From Nemertoderma westbladi (taxonomy: Eukaryota; Animalia; Xenacoelomorpha): a DNA stretch of 64,000 nucleotides. The notes below the pieces were generated by a model that made no database searches, was not told the origin of the DNA, and was given only the letters and a program-made list of their open reading frames with translations. Shown in pieces: positions 57,969-64,000 of the stretch. The stretch lies in the NCBI GenBank assembly GCA_032718475.1, contig JAUCBJ010005101.1, forward strand, positions 1-64,000, written 5' to 3'. Both the position numbers and the translations under genes were made by a program. Each line of letters begins with the position of its first letter. Position 1 is the first letter of the stretch.

Positions 57969-60900
57969 TTAGGTTCCAAGTAACAAGGGATGGGCGCGTA
58001 TAGTGCGACTGCACACATCGGCTAGCCAACCGGCAAGTGCAGCGTTCTCGAAGATATTGTATATAGCTAATGAGGGATGGAGTGGAACACTCATAAAGCT
58101 ATAAACGACGCCAGGTGCGGTTAATGGTCCGTCGAAGTATAATCGAGAATAATGATCTCCATATACTTGTTGGTAGCTGACAGGATTTCCGACTTTGAAA
58201 TTCCATCCATATTCTTGGAAGGCAAGATGTCCGATAGAGGTTCGTTGTACTTTATTGATGCCGCTGGATGTATTGGCATACATAGTTCGGAAGAAACCTC
58301 GGCCTTCTGCCCAGGGAGCAATCAGCTGGGTGTCTACGAAAGGATATTGGATATTCTCCATGTTTCTGAAGTCATTTTGGAGATCTCCATAAACAGCTGA
58401 GCCGATTTTAAGGATTCTCTCGTCAAACAGCATCTCGAGCACTGGCTGGTGTAGCATCGATCCATCTATACCCATGGCCGATTTGCGCTCGGTATCGGTA
58501 ACATAACGCTGCACGAGTTCGAATTGTCCATGTCGGAGTTTCATTTGTATCTCGGTGAGGGTCTGAAAAGAATAATCGATCATGTCGGAACACGCTCGAG
58601 TAAACACATAGGTAGAACCAGCTAGTCCACGTATGTGTATCATTCGTGTGGTTCCCAGTTCTCCAACCTGAACGCTACCTTCATTATTGTAAGTGACATC
58701 TCCATACATTTCGATAACGTTAAGAGTTTCGTTCCACTCTTTGGTGGCGTTTTCTATGGTCATACCCACCGGATGCCATAAGGTGGCGCGTTCGCTTGCG
58801 TTAGGTAGATCGCTATACTTCAGATAATGTGTAGTATACGTCTCTGCATTAGGGCGGTGCGTTTTTTACTTTTTTTCGATTTCATTGTTCTACCGGTGCA
58901 CAAAAGTTGCCAAATGGTAAAAAAATAAGGCAAAAAAAATTTCTTTAAATTTCGTCTATATCTTCACGGATCCCAAGAGGGTTGAAATTTTGTGCCATCG
59001 CGATGCACCATAATGAAATTTATAACAATATAACACATTGATGAAAGATCAATGACTCAAAAAAGAACTTCCTGCATGCATCAAATGTCATCAAATGGGT
59101 CCAAACTTAGTTAGATACCAAAATTTTAATTTTTGGATTAAGGGAACTAGTGCCACAGGCACTTGGCCAGAACCTACCATTTGGCGCAAGTGATGATTAT
59201 TCTCAATTTTCGCGATGGCCAACTTTGAGTTCTCCTACTGCATTAATATTATGCTCATTAGAACCACAATGGCCGATTTAGTGGGGGTAGACACCTTCAA
59301 AACAAACGTAGAGCAAATAGTTCTTGAGATATCGCAGAAAATGTGAAGTCCGGCACAAGTCTACATTACCGCCTTGATGTGATATGGACAAATACACTAA
59401 AAATGATATTTTGAATTATCTCAAGGAATCACGAATAGACACATCACAGAAAATGATCGATATAGTGGGTGAAGACACCTTCAAAATAAGAATAGAGTCA
59501 TTAGTTCTTGAGTTATTTTACAAAATGTCAAGACTATGTCAACCAATTAATACTTGATATTGAGTTGACCCATTCCACACATTTTGTACAAAAACTATAG
59601 TGAATTAATCACTACTCTTTAATTTTGAAGTTGTCTGTATACACTAAATAAATTTGTTGCAGTGATGTGTATATTTTTGATGCCTTAAGCTAATTAGAAG
59701 TAACATTTTTGTGTATTTGTCCATATCACATCAAGGCGGTAATGTAGACTTGTGCCGTACTTCACATTTTCTGCGATATCTCAAGAACTATTCGCTCTAC
59801 GTTTGGTTTGAAGGTGTCTACCCCCACTAAATCGGCCATTGCGGTTCTAATGAGCATAATATGAATGCAGTAGGAGAACTCAAAGTTGGCCATTGCGAAA
59901 ATTGAGAATAATCATCACTTGCGCCAAATGGTAGGTTCTGGCCATGTGCCTGTGGCACTAGTTCCCTTGACCCAAAAATTAAAATTTTGGTATCTAACTA
60001 AGTTTGGACCCATTTGATGACATTTGATGCATGCAGGAAGTTTTTTTTTGAGTCATTGATCTTTCATCAATGTGTTATATTGTTATACATTTCATTATGG
60101 TGCATCGCGATGGCACAAAATTTCAACCCTCTTGGGATCCGTGAAGATATAGATGAAATTTAAAGAAATTTTTTTTGCCTCATTTTTTTACCATTTGGCA
60201 ACTTTTGTGCACCGGTAGAACAATGAAATCGAAAAAAAGTAAAAAACGCACCGCCCTACTCTGCATCTCCATATTGCTGTATTCTCTCTTCCTTGAATAA
60301 TACGTCGAGATTCCAATGGACTAATCGAGTTTTAATAAATCCATCGAGATTATACGGAGGCATTATTTTTTTTTCTATTCTTGAAACATTATAAGGTTTT
60401 CTAAATGAGTTTACTTTGACTAATTGATCTAGATGTTTCTGTAGTTGTTCGAGTTCAACAAGATCTAGGGGGTTTATCAGTGGTAGAAACCTTAAACTGT
60501 GTGTAGGATCTTCCGGTTTCACCATATAATATTGAGTTAAATTGACATAATAAGGATGGTCTTTGATCCCATAAAATGAGTTTGGTAAAGGTCTAGCACA
60601 TAGGTTGACCTCGTGTACCATACGACGGACAAGATCCGCTCGATTGTCCGGAGGTTCAACAAGTATACCGTCGACACGAGCAGCCTCGATTGGTGGACGT
60701 TGTAACATAGGAGCGTCAGCGATAAGATCTCTAGATCTTAAGTTGATATCAACCGGTTGGGGTTGTACCGTGGCGAAGAGTTTGTCTCCGAAATGGGGAA
60801 CCATTGAAGGATGAATAATGGTTTTGGAATAGAGATCAGTCATAAAGATTTGAGCTTCTGGTTGGGCTAAAGCTGCTTCTTCTCTTTTGTCCATTTCGAT

Positions 60901-62245
60901 GTGCTTCTCCTCGAGCTGATTTTCCTCCACTTGTCGTTGGAAGCGTTCGTCCAAAAACTCTTGTAGAGAGTAGGTTCGTCCAAGTTCGATATCTTCTTCG
61001 AGATTCTGGATTTCCCGATCGAACTGGGGTAAAGCTAATTCTTTTACCGCTTGGACTTGTTGCTGCAATTTACGTTTATCTAAACAATCGTAGGTTCCTT
61101 TTCCGATCTTTTGTTGAATAGCGTCTAACGCGTTTCGTACGACGCTCTCCTCCACCTCGGTGACGGGTTGTATCGGGGTTAAACCGGGACGATTATATGG
61201 GTTGAACGGCGATATTAGATGTCCGCGTCCCAATCCGGCTAGGTAAGATGGGTGAATATCTAGGGAGCCCACAACCGGAGTGCCACTGACTAATTGTTCG
61301 GGTAACACTAGATCTTTGAACAATGAGTACAGTTCGGGAGGATCCGTCATACTATTAGGATCAAGAGTCTGAGGTCTCACCAGGGAATGAGGAGGTCTGA
61401 CCGAGTATTCCGGAACTCTGATCATAGTTTTATTTAAGGATCGTTTGAGTCGAGCAAGCGTGGGTGATACATCGAACAAGTTTCGCTCGAAACTCCCATA
61501 AGAATAGCGAGTAAAACTGTGTTTAGCGCAATGTCTCCGCGGATGTTTATGTCTTTCCGTTTGTTGGTTGGGTCTAGGGCATTCTTCGCAATAATACCAA
61601 AGACGCACGTCTTGTAGGGGAAACTCGGGTGATCTTTCTCCAGTTTTACAATATTCCTCCATCTGTTCGAAGCTATCTGGTACACCAGGTAGCGGTCGAT
61701 CGGCGGTAAGATACATCATAGTGAAATAGAGTCGTTTGAGTTCTATCATAGGGTTATGATGTATACCTTGAGGATATCAGGTTTCTAGATTTTGTTGACT
61801 GGCTACATTGATATATGTTTCTCTCAAGAATTCCAAATATTCATTGAAGTCACTGCGTTTAACCGGCTCTTCAACATCTTCTCTTTCGAGTCGATTTCGA
61901 ATAGAATTTTCGTGTTCGATTCTCAGTTTATCATATGGTATGATATTTAAATAGAATCATTTCCCTTGCGGTGCCTACATCGTCTGTATCGTGTAAATCG
62001 ATAGGATGACCAGTAGTTAAGAAGTCCATATACGTACCATTACGATGCGTATAGCGAGCGGTGAATTTTCTATAGTCAAATTCACACGTGAGCTGTTCCT
62101 TTGACATTGGCGGTTCGATATAACGGCCATCGTCCTCCGTAGTATGTTGACTAGCGTCACCGCTTATTAAACTATCAACAAACGCTTGCAATGGTAGGGT
62201 ATATCGCTCCCTGATACCGAGATCATCTTCTGTCAACTCAGTCAT
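57969..62245 (-). pseudogene. Accessory ORF-X (~950 codons when reassembled) with a DEDDy/WRN-RNase D-like 3'-5' exonuclease-like domain
   Basis: Removing 58850-60258 and one TSD joins 60256-61749 in frame to 57969-58769; motifs VGMTIE, LKIGSAVYGDL, FVDTQLIA, SIGHLA, PLT..VVY. Confidence 0.6.
58850..60258. mobile_element. hAT-type non-autonomous foldback element, ~550-bp TIRs
   Basis: Ends TAGGGCGGTGCG...CGCACCGCCCTA; 8-bp TSD CTCTGCAT at 58842-58849 and 60259-60266. Confidence 0.9.
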
Positions 62246-62589
62246 AGCTGCTATATGAGTTTATCGATAATATAATTAATAATATTTAGGCTAGCGGTCG
62301 TCGCTGCCTCCCCCTCAGTGCCCCGGGACAGCGCAAGATCCTCAGCGCTGATGTACTGTCGTCGCTGTGCCTCTCGCCAATGTAGTAGCTACACAACGAC
62401 AACAATAACCAGCGCGAGTCACTCCACTGTCCGTCCCAAGGGCTTAGATTTACTGGAGGTTCTTGCTACAGAGGCAGGGTAACTTTCACAACTGCGACTC
62501 GCTATTGTAAGCACACTTTAGTAGTAACATTCACCTATAAATACACAAATTCCACACTCCTGTCACAAATTGTACACATTTGGGCCATT

Positions 62590-63937
62590 TGTCCGTTAAT
62601 CAAGTGCCTTCCAGAATGCCACGTTATTATTATGTATCCCTGGATACTAGCAGGGTGCTATTTATTCCGTATGCTATTCAATGGGGCAAGCTTTCTATTG
62701 TTCTTTTAACTCGCTTCTAATTCTAGCGTGGTTGTTGCTATGGTGACATTATGGAAAGCTAGCAGTAGAATTAGGGTAATTCTCATGCATACAGATCTGG
62801 GATGCTATTTAATAGTGATTCTTTAATTGTCAATATTCCCCTTATACATGATTTTATGAATTTTATCGGCTATTGACTGTACACTGGAGATTCTCGCACA
62901 CTAATATACTTAATAGGGTGAATCTCTGCTCCCATGATCTATTAATTAATGGAATTTTGGGAATGTTACAAATTGTATAAAATGACAATTTATCAAATTC
63001 ATGAGAGGATATGAATTTAAAATTTATTCCCGTAAATTTTATTATTTGATATTAAAATAGATTTATTCCAGAAGATGTCTGGGGACTAGAATCTTAATTC
63101 TAGAAATTTTGTCTTTTTAAGAGTATCGGTAAGTGCTACGATATCTTAATCGACTAGAATTTTAGAGGATCGAAATTTTAACAGATTTTGATTTACAAAC
63201 TCTCCAGAGTTAATTTGTCAGCATTTACTCTATTATAACATTTGTTTTAACAGATTTTATAAATATTTATTAAATATTTAATATTTAAGGTGGGCACCGA
63301 TTTATTCCAGAACATGTCTGGGGACGTTAACCGCTGATTCTAGAATTTTGTCTTTCAAGTATATCGGTGGGTGCCGCGAGATCTTCTATCTAGAATTTCA
63401 GATGGACAAAGGGTTTAACAGATTTATTTTGCGTTTCAACGCTACTGTTAAATGGACATCATTCTACTATATGTATTATTTAATATACGGTATGAGAGCA
63501 ATATTGCAAGAAGCAATGTCAGTGAGAAGAGGCAAGTCGTTTCCAAGGTCTACCCAGAGCTTGGTTTAGCCGAGACATGAGGATCTGAACTTTGCATTCC
63601 TAATACTCTACTTACCAATAATACTTGAGTATAGTAGGGGCGGTATTTTGTACTTTAATAAGTACTGACATTTCATCTTACTGTAGTCACGTATTTATAG
63701 TATGATACGGACAGTAAGGAATGAGAAAATGAATTATTTCTCGCCGTTAAACGAAATATATTATACTAAGTAATTAAGTAATAAAACGAATATATTGCAC
63801 TAATCTACTGAATAATCGATAAAATATTATTCTACTAAATAAAATTAAAGAAAACGATTATAATAATAAAATTACGTAATAATACATACATAAATATAAA
63901 AATAATAAAAAAAAATATAAAATAATGTAGTCACACA
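62590..63937 (-). repeat. Putative LTR, second copy (~1.35 kb)
   Basis: Direct repeat of 46832-48740; same purine tract upstream and ACA-AA-TGGCCC downstream. Confidence 0.55.
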
Positions 63938-64000
63938 CCCACTCCAGACGCTGTTACGTTGGGGAGTCCCTAGATGTTTGTTGGATTAGGGAGGTGGTCG
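63938..64000 (-). mobile_element. 3' internal end (pol tail and PPT) of another Bel/Pao unit continuing beyond the window
   Basis: Near identical to 48741-48803. Confidence 0.8.

Overview
Eukaryotic, probably invertebrate animal, AT-rich window dominated by transposons. 1-6.1 kb: two diverged tandem copies (1385-2966 and 4527-5916) of a ~1.4-1.6 kb non-coding unit on the minus strand. Both keep the same hairpins and long-range helices, and each sits behind a TATA/Inr/multi-CCAAT promoter. This is the best candidate for an undescribed structured RNA gene family. 6-26 kb: nested relics of non-LTR retrotransposons (RTE-like, CR1-group, RTEX-like) and DNA-transposon derivatives, including a TTAA/piggyBac-type MITE. 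26.1-43.5 kb: one 4-exon host gene (signal peptide, PAN/apple x2, EGF-like; 232 aa). Its first intron holds a 16 kb head-to-tail array of 11 Helentron/Helitron-like units with co-varying termini and a (GGCTC)n expansion. 44.9-64 kb: tandem Bel/Pao LTR-retroelement derivatives sharing ~1.35 kb putative LTRs. They carry a large accessory ORF upstream of gag with a DEDDy-type exonuclease-like domain, split by a hAT-type foldback element. A 1884-aa ORF fuses a LINE APE-RT in frame to Bel/Pao Gag. All family assignments come from motif recognition by eye; no searches or folding programs were run.
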